This document shows positions 9,629 through 19,536 of a DNA stretch of 64,000 nucleotides, in pieces (the first letter of the stretch is position 1; each line of letters opens with the position of its first letter). Both the position numbers and the translations under genes were made by a program. Under the pieces are notes generated by a model. The model saw only the letters and a program-made list of their open reading frames with translations. It ran no database searches and was not told the origin of the DNA. The stretch is from positions 11,034 through 75,033 of the forward strand of contig JBIKLL010000006.1 in NCBI GenBank assembly GCA_044359815.1. The letters are read 5' to 3'. This DNA comes from Pseudobdellovibrionaceae bacterium (GTDB lineage Bacteria > Bdellovibrionota > Bdellovibrionia > Bdellovibrionales > Bdellovibrionaceae).

Positions 9629-11051
9629 CGGTGACTCCTCTGTAGACCAAAAACAAAAATCCCGCATAAATAAACAAAATCGCTGCCAAGCCAAACGCAG
9701 AATCGGTACGGTAGCTGTTCATCAGATTTTCGATGATCATTGCAATTGTGATATTTTGAGCCGTCATTATTTTACCTAAAGCAAAATCCCCCAGTGCCCA
9801 CAAAGAAGCCACAAACCCACAGTATAGTGATGGATGAATAATCTGAGGGAACAAGATTCTTTTAAAAATCAGTTTTTCGTCAGCTCCCAGAATAAAAGCC
9901 ATACGCCTTTGTAGTCGCAAATGATTGATCGTTGTTTGCAATGTAAATCTGTACAAAACCGGAAACGAAATCAATGACAGCAATATTATATAAGCAAAAA
10001 CTGGATTAAGCCCTAGCTTTTCAGCGATAACAAATCCCCCCAATCCCAACAATGCTGTGCTGGGTGCGATGTAGGATGAAAAAAACCAATTCAGAAACGG
10101 ACTGACATAAATGTAGCCAACCAGTAGGCCCATAAAAACTGTCACTAATCCTACGCTGAGGGTAATCCCCACCGTAGGCAATGCTGTGCTAAAAATCTCG
10201 GACACAGAAATTGTGCTTTGATCATCGACAATTTTACTTAACCCGTTGGCCATGGAAACAGATGTTCCTAAATAAAAAAAGGCCAAAAAACCTAGGACCA
10301 AAACCAAGCCAACTTTTGAATTCATTAGCGGGTTGGTTTCTGATGTTCTGATATGATTGAGGTCAGGCACCACAGCATTTTTTTGAACCATAGAACCCAA
10401 AACCAACAATACCAGAAACTGCAACCAACCAATGGCGACGGCTCCGCTAAGCTGAGAATCCAATCTGAATTTTTCAAAAATCAAAACTTCAATCGTTGTC
10501 CCTTGCCCCCCGCCCGCTATCAGCGGAATCGTTAATCCCGCAAAACAAGCAAAAACAATCGACACAAAAATATTAAATAGATCTCGAAATATTACGGGGA
10601 CTGCCATTTTATGAAATCTGATTCTGGAAGCCCCTAAGACATAGGCCACAGTGGCCAGATTAGGTAATTTGGTATCAATAACCTTTCTGATCGAAAGCGC
10701 AGTGATGCCAATGTAAACAAAACTTTGGATTAAAATCACCCCTAAATGCCCAAACGGAAAGGGCTGAACCAAATGCAAAAACAGCAATATGATAATTAAT
10801 GAAGGCGTCAATGATGGTAACATCAGCAGCATTTCAAAAATTCTAAATTTTTTCAATCGCCCAAGCCCCAAAGCCATGATGTATCCCAACACCAGGGTCA
10901 GAAACCCTGTGCCCACGGCTTGGATGATTGTATTTTTAAATGCCCACTGCAGTTCTGAAAAATCAATTCCCTTAATGTCTACCGAAAAAACTAACAGTGC
11001 TAAATAGGGCAACAAAAACCAGAATATCAAAAAATAATTTGAAATTGGCAT
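9600..11051 (-). CDS. thiP: ABC transporter permease (ThiP-like, duplicated TM module)
   Basis: Highly hydrophobic; two degenerate EAA-type motifs (AYVLGAS, AFILGAD); operon context. Confidence 0.75.
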   Translation of the reverse strand: MPISNYFLIFWFLLPYLALLVFSVDIKGIDFSELQWAFKNTIIQAVGTGFLTLVLGYIMALGLGRLKKFRIFEMLLMLPSLTPSLIIILLFLHLVQPFPFGHLGVILIQSFVYIGITALSIRKVIDTKLPNLATVAYVLGASRIRFHKMAVPVIFRDLFNIFVSIVFACFAGLTIPLIAGGGQGTTIEVLIFEKFRLDSQLSGAVAIGWLQFLVLLVLGSMVQKNAVVPDLNHIRTSETNPLMNSKVGLVLVLGFLAFFYLGTSVSMANGLSKIVDDQSTISVSEIFSTALPTVGITLSVGLVTVFMGLLVGYIYVSPFLNWFFSSYIAPSTALLGLGGFVIAEKLGLNPVFAYIILLSLISFPVLYRFTLQTTINHLRLQRRMAFILGADEKLIFKRILFPQIIHPSLYCGFVASLWALGDFALGKIMTAQNITIAMIIENLMNSYRTDSAFGLAAILFIYAGFLFLVYRGVTDVFSKKAIY

Positions 11052-11058
11052 TCACACC

Positions 11059-12093
11059 CTAATCTTCACGCCTGATGGCTGTCCATTTTTTTAAAAGGCG
11101 CTCGCGTTCTTTTAATGTAGGTATCGAGCTGTTTTCCAAAGTTTTGTAAACTGGGACCTGTGCAAACGGTGAGTTTCCTCTGACACCTCTGATGGCCGGA
11201 AACATATAATTTTTTTCCATGATCACTGTTTGTCCATCTGATGAAAAAATCAATTCCACAAATTTTCTGGCCAGATCACAGTTACGACACTGTCCCGGAA
11301 TACCCACAAATTCAAACTGAACGGGATGACCTTCAGTAAACTCAGCCGCCAGGTAATCAGTAGATTTTTCCTCGACCAAATGATAAATCGGCGATGTCGT
11401 ATAAGAAAACGCAGTCTTGGTTTGATTTTTAGTAAACAGCCCATAGGATTTGGACCAACTGTTTGAATATGAATGCACATTTGAATTTAACTTTTTCAAA
11501 AACTGAAAACCTTCGTCTTCACCTTTAACTGAAATAACCCACAACAAAAACTGCAATCCAGGCGATGACATCCTGGGATCCTGCAGGGCAATTTGCTCCT
11601 TAAGCTCGGGCATCAACAGATCATCCAATTTTCTGGGAAGGTTGTTTAACTGGCTTTTTCTGAACACGAACGCCATGACTCCCCAATTGTAAGGTAAAAA
11701 ATTACCCTTACTGATTTGATTTTTGATCATCGGATCAAATTCGAAACCGTCAGAGGATAATTCCTTCCATTCGATCCCCGTCTGGTACATTTCCAGATCG
11801 TATTGATCAATCCCCAGGACCAAGTCAGCTCCTTGGCTTTTGGATTCGGCTTTAAGTCTTTGCAGCAAAATTGTGCTATCAGCACCGTCATAGAACTCAA
11901 CCCTGCAATTGCAGGTTTTTTCAAAAGTTTCTTTCAACCAAGGCCCAGGGCCCCACTGAGAAATAAATGAGGACGATCCATAAATTTTCAACACTGGCAG
12001 TTGATTGATTTCGTTTTCTCGGTTTTGTTTAAAAAAAACCAAACTAAACAATAAACCAAAAACCACTGCTACAAAAATTAAAAAATTTTTCAT
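11059..12093 (-). CDS. thiB: Thiamine ABC transporter substrate-binding protein
   Basis: SF..WGPGP, FEKTCNC, QDPR.SSPG and SYTTSP motifs of TbpA/ThiB. Confidence 0.88.
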   Translation of the reverse strand: MKNFLIFVAVVFGLLFSLVFFKQNRENEINQLPVLKIYGSSSFISQWGPGPWLKETFEKTCNCRVEFYDGADSTILLQRLKAESKSQGADLVLGIDQYDLEMYQTGIEWKELSSDGFEFDPMIKNQISKGNFLPYNWGVMAFVFRKSQLNNLPRKLDDLLMPELKEQIALQDPRMSSPGLQFLLWVISVKGEDEGFQFLKKLNSNVHSYSNSWSKSYGLFTKNQTKTAFSYTTSPIYHLVEEKSTDYLAAEFTEGHPVQFEFVGIPGQCRNCDLARKFVELIFSSDGQTVIMEKNYMFPAIRGVRGNSPFAQVPVYKTLENSSIPTLKERERLLKKWTAIRRED

Positions 12094-12097
12094 TTGA

Positions 12098-12580
12098 TCA
12101 CCACCAAATGCCACGTTGGCGTTTGAAGAAATAATAATCTACGCCTAAACACCGTCCGGCACCTAGCCAGCACAACGTTAAATGAACCACAATAAATGTT
12201 TTGTACAAATCCTGCGAACCAGGCCCCATCAGAATCATCAGGTTTAACGACAATAACGCTGCCATCAATGCAACTGGTCTGACCACATATCCAAAAATAT
12301 ACGAAATCGCTATGCACAGCTCGATACCGACAATCACAAAGGCAAAAGTTTGCCAGTGTGGAATAAACAGGTTTTCTAAAAATCCTTTGTACCAAACCGG
12401 AACTTGCAAAGTGGGTAAGGTTTCAGCAATCTGTGAAGCCAGCCTAGGTCGCAGTAAAAAATCACCTTCGAATTTTTTCAGAAAACTTTGAAAATAAAAT
12501 GCCCCAACAAAAAATCTCAGCAAGGCTATGGGCAATAAATGACCCACGTATTTGATGCTCTCAAAAAATGCGACAACCAT
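12098..12580 (-). CDS. DoxX-family membrane protein
   Basis: LLRFFVG...ELCIAI...GAGR.LGVD pattern; 4 TM helices. Confidence 0.75.
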   Translation of the reverse strand: MVVAFFESIKYVGHLLPIALLRFFVGAFYFQSFLKKFEGDFLLRPRLASQIAETLPTLQVPVWYKGFLENLFIPHWQTFAFVIVGIELCIAISYIFGYVVRPVALMAALLSLNLMILMGPGSQDLYKTFIVVHLTLCWLGAGRCLGVDYYFFKRQRGIWW

Positions 12581-12587
12581 TTTGCTA

Positions 12588-13229
12588 TTAAACCTTGATC
12601 ACAATCTTTGGGCAAAGCTTTTCTAGATTGCACTGCTGACACAAAGGCGTTCGGGCCTTGCACAATCGCCGACCGTGCCAAATAACCCAGTGTGAAAACA
12701 TAATCCAATCAGTCATGGGAATCATTTGATTCAATAATTGTTCGATTTTTTCAGCATCGCTTTCACGGGTCCATCCCCATTTTTGAGTCAGCCTCTTAAC
12801 ATGGGTGTCGACGACAACTCCGCTGGCTATATTGAAAGCATTCCCCAACACCACGTTGGCGGTTTTGCGACCCACGCCTGGAAGCTCTGTTAACTGATCT
12901 ATGTCAGGAGGTAACTGCCCCTGATGGTTTTTGCAGACTTGCTGTGCCATTTTAACTAAATTATTGGCTTTGTTTTTATAAAACCCAGTGGATCTTATTA
13001 TTTCCTCAACCTGCTTATTAGTGGCCTTAGACAACTGCTCAAAATTCTGAAATTGACTAAACAACTGCGGAGTAACTTTGTTGACTCTTTCATCAGTGCA
13101 TTGTGCCGACAAAATTGTTGCAACAATTAATTGATAGGGATTTTCGAATTTCAGTTCGCAGTGGGCGTCGGGATAATTTTTCTTTAGAAACTCTAATACA
13201 GCTTCGACGCTAATCGGCTTGGTCGCCAA
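12588..13229 (-). CDS. nth: Endonuclease III
   Basis: ILSAQCTD, LPGVGRKTANVV HhH, VDTHV and C-X6-C-X2-C-X5-C cluster; TTG start at 13229 inferred. Confidence 0.95.
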   Translation of the reverse strand: MATKPISVEAVLEFLKKNYPDAHCELKFENPYQLIVATILSAQCTDERVNKVTPQLFSQFQNFEQLSKATNKQVEEIIRSTGFYKNKANNLVKMAQQVCKNHQGQLPPDIDQLTELPGVGRKTANVVLGNAFNIASGVVVDTHVKRLTQKWGWTRESDAEKIEQLLNQMIPMTDWIMFSHWVIWHGRRLCKARTPLCQQCNLEKLCPKIVIKV

Positions 13230-13452
13230 AATCCCCGATGGCTTCGACCGGGCACCCTTCCATGGCTTCTTTGCAGAGTTTTTCTTCTTCAGGATTTGTG
13301 GGCTGTTTCGAGACATAGGCGTGACCGTCTTCTTCGTGCATTTTAAAATTTTCAGGTGCTGTTAATACACAGGCATCGCAGGCAATACATGATTGATCAA
13401 CAAACATTTTGCCGTTACTGTTTTCTTTCCATTTATTGGTTTTATCTGCCAT
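13210..13452 (-). CDS. Ferredoxin (single 4Fe-4S)
   Basis: CIACDAC...CPVEAI; start MADK at 13452. Confidence 0.9.
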   Translation of the reverse strand: MADKTNKWKENSNGKMFVDQSCIACDACVLTAPENFKMHEEDGHAYVSKQPTNPEEEKLCKEAMEGCPVEAIGDFGDQAD

Positions 13453-13654
13453 ATGACTTCCAATTGTATGCTGCAATTATTCGCTAATTATAGCGGTTTT
13501 TAAAGCTAACTTATCCTTTGAATCTAGAGATTAGTCTAGCACAGGTCTGAAGTTCAGTCCAAAAATTGCCTTAAAAACCTCATTTAAGCTCTAAGTCGAC
13601 GAAAAACGGTTTAAAATTAAATACTGTAAAGTCTATTTTAAAAGGAGAAGGCCC

Positions 13655-14740
13655 ATGGAAGGACCCAGATCGCCAACATTGGTTGAATACCCCAAGGTAT
13701 TGGAATTTCTGAAAGAAAACCTAAGACCCGATCAAGCTTGGACCATCGACAAAGAATATCCAACCGCCCTGACACCTGCAAATATTCACAACATGCAAAT
13801 TATTACCGACGAAACCAAAACGGTTTTATCCCATGCGGTTTTACGGCCCACGATTATAAAAACACCCATCGCTGCCTTTAAAGTCGGCGCCATAGGCTCT
13901 GTGATCACTTGTGAAAAAGCGCGCAACCAAGGATTGTCCAAAAATGTAATCCAGAAATGCGAAGAACTGGCAAAAAAACAGGATTGCGAAATTGCTATTT
14001 TGTGGAGCAGTCTGCACGATTTTTATCGCAAGCTGGGCTATGAATTAGCAGGTCATGAAGTCAGTTTTCACTTTAACAAACCATTGCAAGAACCAGATAC
14101 CGAACTCAGATACATGACTGGGGTTCAGGTTTCAGCCGATTCTTTATTGCGAGTGTTTCAACAACACACGATTCACAGCATGAGAACTGTTGATGAAGTC
14201 AAAAAATATTTATCCATACCGAAAACCAATCTGTACACAGCTTGGGATAAAAACAGTCAATTGGTGGCCTATGCTGCCGAAGGCAAAGGTGCAGACCTGT
14301 CAAATTACATTCATGAATGGGGCGGCTCAACCAATGCTTTGATGAGTTTATTTTCTTACATTTCAAAAACACGAAATGTTGATTTAACAGTGATTGTACC
14401 AAAAAATTCTCAAAATTTGATACGCACTTTGGAACAATCAGGGGCTACACGGTTTGACGGATTTTTGGGAATGATCAAGATCCTGGATACCGAGGAAGTG
14501 TTTTCAAAAATCAAAAAGCATGCACGTAACCAAGGCATGATGGATTTTGTTTTGGAAAAACGCGATAAATATTATTTGGGATTTGCAAAAGATCTACTGG
14601 AAGTCGATGACGAAAAAGCTTTAGCGCGGATTTTGTTTGGTCCGACTCCGCTGCTGCCGTTTGAAAAACCAGAAAGTCAGCAAAAGTTTGATAAAATTTT
14701 ACCCTTGCCAATATGGATTTGGGGTTGGGATTCAATATGA
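13655..14740 (+). CDS. GNAT acetyltransferase (Eis-like)
   Basis: IGSVIT..ARNQGLS acetyl-CoA motif; FYRKLGY; AGGAG RBS. Confidence 0.8.
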   Translation: MEGPRSPTLVEYPKVLEFLKENLRPDQAWTIDKEYPTALTPANIHNMQIITDETKTVLSHAVLRPTIIKTPIAAFKVGAIGSVITCEKARNQGLSKNVIQKCEELAKKQDCEIAILWSSLHDFYRKLGYELAGHEVSFHFNKPLQEPDTELRYMTGVQVSADSLLRVFQQHTIHSMRTVDEVKKYLSIPKTNLYTAWDKNSQLVAYAAEGKGADLSNYIHEWGGSTNALMSLFSYISKTRNVDLTVIVPKNSQNLIRTLEQSGATRFDGFLGMIKILDTEEVFSKIKKHARNQGMMDFVLEKRDKYYLGFAKDLLEVDDEKALARILFGPTPLLPFEKPESQQKFDKILPLPIWIWGWDSI

Positions 14741-15579
14741 AATATTTTTTCTTGGCAATCAGTGTTTTAGCTCTGAATGCCTGCATGCAAAAACCTGATC
14801 CAAAACCAAATTATGGCCCAGAATCAAATCCAGATTCAATCAATCAGGCATTTGCAGAATTTACGAATGATCCCTCGACGATAAACAAAGGTGAATTTGT
14901 CTATCTGGAAAGCACTTTTCAGATAGCAAGCCTTCCGCCTAAATTGTCATTCCAGTTAGGTGAAACAGTCACCAACAAGGTTGAAAACTCCACCGGTTGG
15001 GTTTTGACGATCGTTCAGGAAAACGTAATGCAAGAAAACGAAAAGCCCGTAGTTTCTAAAACTGAGCGAAGAGCCTGTGTCCCCAGAATTAAAACTGAGG
15101 ATTGTCAGGTTGAGGTTTTTAATAATCCTAACAATCAAAGTAATCAGTTTCCACAGTCATTGAATTTTAGGCTCAATAAAAATATCAGCAGCCCCAAGCC
15201 AATCAAAATCAAAGAATTTTTGCAGACATTGGTATCTGAAAAACCTATCAAACCTACGGCTCAAAGAATCTCCTATCATAATCTGATAAAAGAAGACGTG
15301 ACCTTTCCTCTGCCCAATCTGGTTAGATTGCGTTCAAATTGCGGTGGCCTGGCTAGATGTCAAAATCTGCGAGCCATGAGCGTGAGCGTTGATAAAGTGA
15401 TTTGGGAAAGCGATGAAAAGGGCACTAAAACAACATTTAGATTTATCTGGAGTCCAGATGCTCCGTACTTTGCATCTCAGCTTTTGGGATGTGCACAAAC
15501 TTGGATGGACATTCAAGGTCAAACCGCGCCCGTCACTCAGTGCGAAGAAGTCAAAGACTTTACCTTCGGAACACCTTAG
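14737..15579 (+). CDS. Hypothetical lipoprotein
   Basis: LNAC lipobox; ATGA overlap with the upstream stop. Confidence 0.72.
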   Translation: MKYFFLAISVLALNACMQKPDPKPNYGPESNPDSINQAFAEFTNDPSTINKGEFVYLESTFQIASLPPKLSFQLGETVTNKVENSTGWVLTIVQENVMQENEKPVVSKTERRACVPRIKTEDCQVEVFNNPNNQSNQFPQSLNFRLNKNISSPKPIKIKEFLQTLVSEKPIKPTAQRISYHNLIKEDVTFPLPNLVRLRSNCGGLARCQNLRAMSVSVDKVIWESDEKGTKTTFRFIWSPDAPYFASQLLGCAQTWMDIQGQTAPVTQCEEVKDFTFGTP

Positions 15580-15617
15580 TCTACACTTTGTAGGACACTC
15601 TAACCAGGGGAACTACA

Positions 15618-16709
15618 ATGGCGACAAAAGTGGGTATTATTTTTGGTGGTAAATCTGCTGAACACGAAGTTTCAATAAATTCAGCAAAAAATATTTTTAA
15701 AGCTTTGGATAAAAATCTGTTTGAACCAACCTTGATTGGTATCAGCAAACAAGGCAGCTGGTATTTTGTGTCTTCTGGCGATTCCTTTGATCAGTTAAAA
15801 GCCATCAACGACAAAGACCTTCCCGCTGGCTTTACGGCGGCTTCTTTAATTTGCGAAAACGGACAGGCCAAATTGCTGAAGATAAAAAACTCTGAAAAAA
15901 TCGCTTTGGATGTGGCCTTTCCCATACTGCATGGAACTTATGGCGAAGACGGTACCATTCAAGGCTTATTTAAAATGATGAATCTGGCTTTCGTTGGCTG
16001 CGATGTGATTGCCAGTTGCGTAGGTATGGATAAAGATTTTATGAAACGCATATTAAGGGATGCCAAGCTGCCCATAGCAGATTTTATGTTACTGCAACAA
16101 GGACAGGCCACAGATTTTTCTGCGATCAAATCCAAACTGGGATTACCATTTTTTATCAAACCCGCCAATGCAGGATCCAGCGTGGGTGTGCACAAAATTA
16201 AATCAGAGCAAGATTTCGATATTAAACTGAAAGACGCTTTTCAGTTTGATTACAAAGTGCTGGCTGAAAAATACATTCAAGGGCGTGAAATTGAGTGCTC
16301 AGTCATGGGACCGAATCTGAATCCCAAGGCCAGCAACCCTGGTGAAGTCATCCCGACTCATGATTTTTATTCTTATGAAGCAAAATATTTAGACGACAAC
16401 GGAGCAAAATTAAAAATCCCTGCTGAGCTTTCTAAGAAAGAAATCGAAACTATTCAGAAGTTGGCAATTGAAACATACCAATGTCTGGGATGTGATGGAT
16501 TAGCCCGGGTGGATTTCTTTCTGACGGCTGATGGTTATGCGATTATAAACGAAATCAACACCATGCCTGGATTCACCAAAATTTCAATGTACCCCAAAAT
16601 GTGGGAGGCCACTGGCATCGGCTATACAAATTTAATCACTGAGCTAATCCAGTTAGGCATTCAGAAACACGGCAGGGATCAAAAGCTCAATACCAATTTT
16701 ATGAAATAG
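15618..16709 (+). CDS. ddl: D-alanine--D-alanine ligase
   Basis: [27 protein letters not shown] and [10 protein letters not shown]. Confidence 0.97.
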   Translation: MATKVGIIFGGKSAEHEVSINSAKNIFKALDKNLFEPTLIGISKQGSWYFVSSGDSFDQLKAINDKDLPAGFTAASLICENGQAKLLKIKNSEKIALDVAFPILHGTYGEDGTIQGLFKMMNLAFVGCDVIASCVGMDKDFMKRILRDAKLPIADFMLLQQGQATDFSAIKSKLGLPFFIKPANAGSSVGVHKIKSEQDFDIKLKDAFQFDYKVLAEKYIQGREIECSVMGPNLNPKASNPGEVIPTHDFYSYEAKYLDDNGAKLKIPAELSKKEIETIQKLAIETYQCLGCDGLARVDFFLTADGYAIINEINTMPGFTKISMYPKMWEATGIGYTNLITELIQLGIQKHGRDQKLNTNFMK

Positions 16710-16786
16710 GTCAGATCCAATAAGACCAAGGCCTGTGAACAGCCTTTGCATAGTAATCACCATAGAAGCAACAAGCAGAGGTGATT

Positions 16787-16993
16787 ATGTCAGAACAAAG
16801 ACCACAATATTTCGAAAACATCAAAAATGAAGAGCACAAAGAATTCGTAGAGATGCATAATCAATGCTCACTATGTGGTTGCACGCTGGAGCTGCGCTTT
16901 GAAAAGAACGAAGGCCAACTGATGATCAAAGAGGAAGCTCATTGCCCAGAATGCGAAATGCGAACTCGCCGTCAATTTTTTAGCATCCAATAG
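16787..16993 (+). CDS. Small zinc-ribbon protein
   Basis: CSLC...HCPEC; GAGG RBS before ATG 16787. Confidence 0.65.
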   Translation: MSEQRPQYFENIKNEEHKEFVEMHNQCSLCGCTLELRFEKNEGQLMIKEEAHCPECEMRTRRQFFSIQ

Positions 16994-17208
16994 GAAATCA
17001 TCAAAATATTGGCAGACACTGTCTGATCTTTGACTGCCAAACTGGTCCAACAAAGGCCTTAGGAAATCATAATTTTATCCAGCAATCGCGGTAGTAGATT
17101 TCTGAAGCTAAGAATTTAAATTAAAATAGTTTTCTATAATTCTAAGGCTTTTGTTGGACCAGGCAGTAAAGATAAAACTCTAAAAAACTGCGGCGTGCGT
17201 AGGGGATG

Positions 17209-17601
17209 TTACGGCAATAAAGCGATGATTTTTTTCTGGATGTCTTTCATCTCGGCTTCGGTTCGGCGCTGGGCCTGGGCAAAACTCATTTCGGGTATGG
17301 ACCAAGCCGGTATTAGGTGCAGATGATAATGAGGAACTTCAAAACCAGCGACGATGGTTCCCACACGCGGGCAACCGGTAGCTTTTTGTATGGCCTTAGC
17401 GATTTTTTGTGCAACCCTGCCCACTTGAACAAAATCCTGATCAGGAACATCAAACCAATGGTTGACCTCTTGTTTTGGGATCACCAAGGTGTGTCCCAAA
17501 TTCACCTGGTCCAAAGCTAAAATAGCGATGACCTGCTGGTCTTCAAAAATTTTATAACTGGGCAATTCGCCCTGAATGATTTTGGTAAAGATTGATGGCA
17601 T
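17209..17601 (-). CDS. HIT family protein
   Basis: SIFTKII, GHTLVIPK and HYHLH histidine triad. Confidence 0.93.
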   Translation of the reverse strand: MPSIFTKIIQGELPSYKIFEDQQVIAILALDQVNLGHTLVIPKQEVNHWFDVPDQDFVQVGRVAQKIAKAIQKATGCPRVGTIVAGFEVPHYHLHLIPAWSIPEMSFAQAQRRTEAEMKDIQKKIIALLP

Positions 17602-18309
17602 TTAGCTTCCTTCTAAGTTTTTAAGTATGCTATCGATGGATTCGTCAGTATCAATAAAATTAACACCAAAACCAAAAGTATTTGGGGATCGCTGAAGCTT
17701 TATCCAAATAATTTTAGCGTCGAAAAAATAAAATTTCTTGGGATCGCCTATTTCAATTTTGACTTTCAGAATGTCAGATTTTTTTAAACTGTTTTCTGGC
17801 AGATCAGCTTCAAAATACGCCCCTGACAAAGACAGGTTTTTCATGGTCGCTGCGATTTTATCACCTGAAGGCCTGATCTCCAGTTCTGTGTTATGATCGG
17901 TCATAAATCGGGGGTGAGCCTGTTGCTTGCCTTTCTGAAAAGGCCTTAGGGCATCTTGAATGGTTTTAAACAAAGTCATCGCATCTGTAGGTATTTTTAA
18001 CAGTCTGATTTTTTGAAAGGTCAGACTGAGCTGCATAAGGCTTGATGAAATATTGCGGGATAAAAACAAAATGGGCTGAGATTTTGGAACGTCCTTTTGC
18101 AATTTAGCATGGAAATACTGCTCCATCAGTTCTTCGTCTGGTAATTTTACCACCAACAGATCTGGAGCCTCCTCTAGCCAAAAAGATTCTTCTTGGCCAA
18201 AGGATGCCGTCGTGTCAACGGCAAAGGATCCCGGGTCATGAAACTTCATCACTGACTCCAGCATGTTTTGTTCATCAAAACTGGTGCTGACAATCAGTAC
18301 TCGTTTCAA
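17602..18309 (-). CDS. Degenerate receiver-like domain plus PilZ domain protein
   Basis: N-terminal KRVLIV...PDLLVV fold; C-terminal HPRF...NLSLSGA...FGVNF PilZ motifs; TTG start. Confidence 0.72.
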   Translation of the reverse strand: MKRVLIVSTSFDEQNMLESVMKFHDPGSFAVDTTASFGQEESFWLEEAPDLLVVKLPDEELMEQYFHAKLQKDVPKSQPILFLSRNISSSLMQLSLTFQKIRLLKIPTDAMTLFKTIQDALRPFQKGKQQAHPRFMTDHNTELEIRPSGDKIAATMKNLSLSGAYFEADLPENSLKKSDILKVKIEIGDPKKFYFFDAKIIWIKLQRSPNTFGFGVNFIDTDESIDSILKNLEGS

Positions 18310-18310
18310 C

Positions 18311-19447
18311 TTAGCCCCTTGCTGCCCATTTAAGACCAGACTTGCCTGTCCACTTGCCTCGCGGTCGGTAGATCCTGTTGTTATTCCATTGTTCCATGGC
18401 GTGAGCTATCCATCCTGTGATTCTGGATACCGCAAAAATCGGAGTGTACAAATCTATGGGAATTCCCATGCTGTAATAAACTGTGGCCGAATAAAAATCC
18501 ACATTCGGCATCAAGCCTTTTTCTTTGTTCATTGTATCATCAATCAACGTCGACATTTGGTACCAAATGGGTTCATTGATTTTCAGAGTCAGTTTTTCGC
18601 TGATTTTCCTCAGTATGGCAGCACGAGGGTCTCCGTTTTTGTAAACCCTGTGACCAATACCCATGACTTTTTCTTTAGCGCTCAAAGCGTCTTTCACAAA
18701 CTGCTGTGCTTTTTCAATATTGCCAATTTTCTTAAGCATCAACATAACCTGTTCATTGGCTCCACCATGCAATGGTCCTTTAAGAGCGCCCATTGCCGAT
18801 ACCATCGATGCATGCAAATCACTCAGTGACGATGCCGTTACCCTGGTGGCAAAGGCAGAACAGTTCAGTTCGTGATCGGCGTGTAGGATCAAACAAGTAT
18901 CAAAAACTTTTACCAATTCAGGATCAGGCTCTGAACCCTTCAATGCATACATAAAATTCCAAGCAATGGATTTTTCTGGATTTGGGGTGATAGGTTCTTT
19001 GCCTTTTCTGATGGCTTCAAATGCTGTAACTATAGTTCCCATCTTGGCAGTTAATTTGACTGCTTTTCTCAGATTGGCTTCTTTTGAATTATCATTTGCG
19101 TCTGGATCAAAATGCGTCAGCAGAGAAAGCGCGGTTCTCATCCAAGTCATAGGATGAACATTTTTGTGCGGCAGTTTTTTTAACACTTCAATAAAATCTT
19201 TGCTGAGCGAATATTCTTTAGCTAAGTCTGAACGAAATTGTTTGAGCTGGGCAGCGGATGGAAGCTCACCGTTCCAAAGCAAATAAACCACTTCTTCAAA
19301 ATTTGATTTTTCAACCAGATCTTCAATTGTGTAACCACGGTAGCAAAGTGTGTTGTCCAAGATAAATGAAATTGCAGTGTTGCATGCTACGACTCCCTCA
19401 AGCCCCTTGTCGATCGCACCTTCGTAAGTTTGAACGGCTTCAGCCAT
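18311..19447 (-). CDS. gltA: Citrate synthase (type I / 2-methylcitrate synthase-like)
   Basis: LHADHE, GPLHGGANE, GIGHRVYK and PNVDFYS. Confidence 0.92.
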   Translation of the reverse strand: MAEAVQTYEGAIDKGLEGVVACNTAISFILDNTLCYRGYTIEDLVEKSNFEEVVYLLWNGELPSAAQLKQFRSDLAKEYSLSKDFIEVLKKLPHKNVHPMTWMRTALSLLTHFDPDANDNSKEANLRKAVKLTAKMGTIVTAFEAIRKGKEPITPNPEKSIAWNFMYALKGSEPDPELVKVFDTCLILHADHELNCSAFATRVTASSLSDLHASMVSAMGALKGPLHGGANEQVMLMLKKIGNIEKAQQFVKDALSAKEKVMGIGHRVYKNGDPRAAILRKISEKLTLKINEPIWYQMSTLIDDTMNKEKGLMPNVDFYSATVYYSMGIPIDLYTPIFAVSRITGWIAHAMEQWNNNRIYRPRGKWTGKSGLKWAARG

Positions 19448-19536
19448 TGTGGTTCTCCTTTTGAAAATGGCGGAACGCCATTGATCAGAAATTATATTCC
19501 GAAAATTAAGTCTCGGAACGCTTTATTTTCCTACAA

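Noticed and set aside
13230..13316. Long N-terminal extension of nth overlapping the ferredoxin gene
   Set aside because: More simply explained by a TTG start at 13229; the extension is out-of-frame ferredoxin sequence
18263..18829. 188-aa plus-strand ORF
   Set aside because: Antisense to citrate synthase; no recognisable motifs
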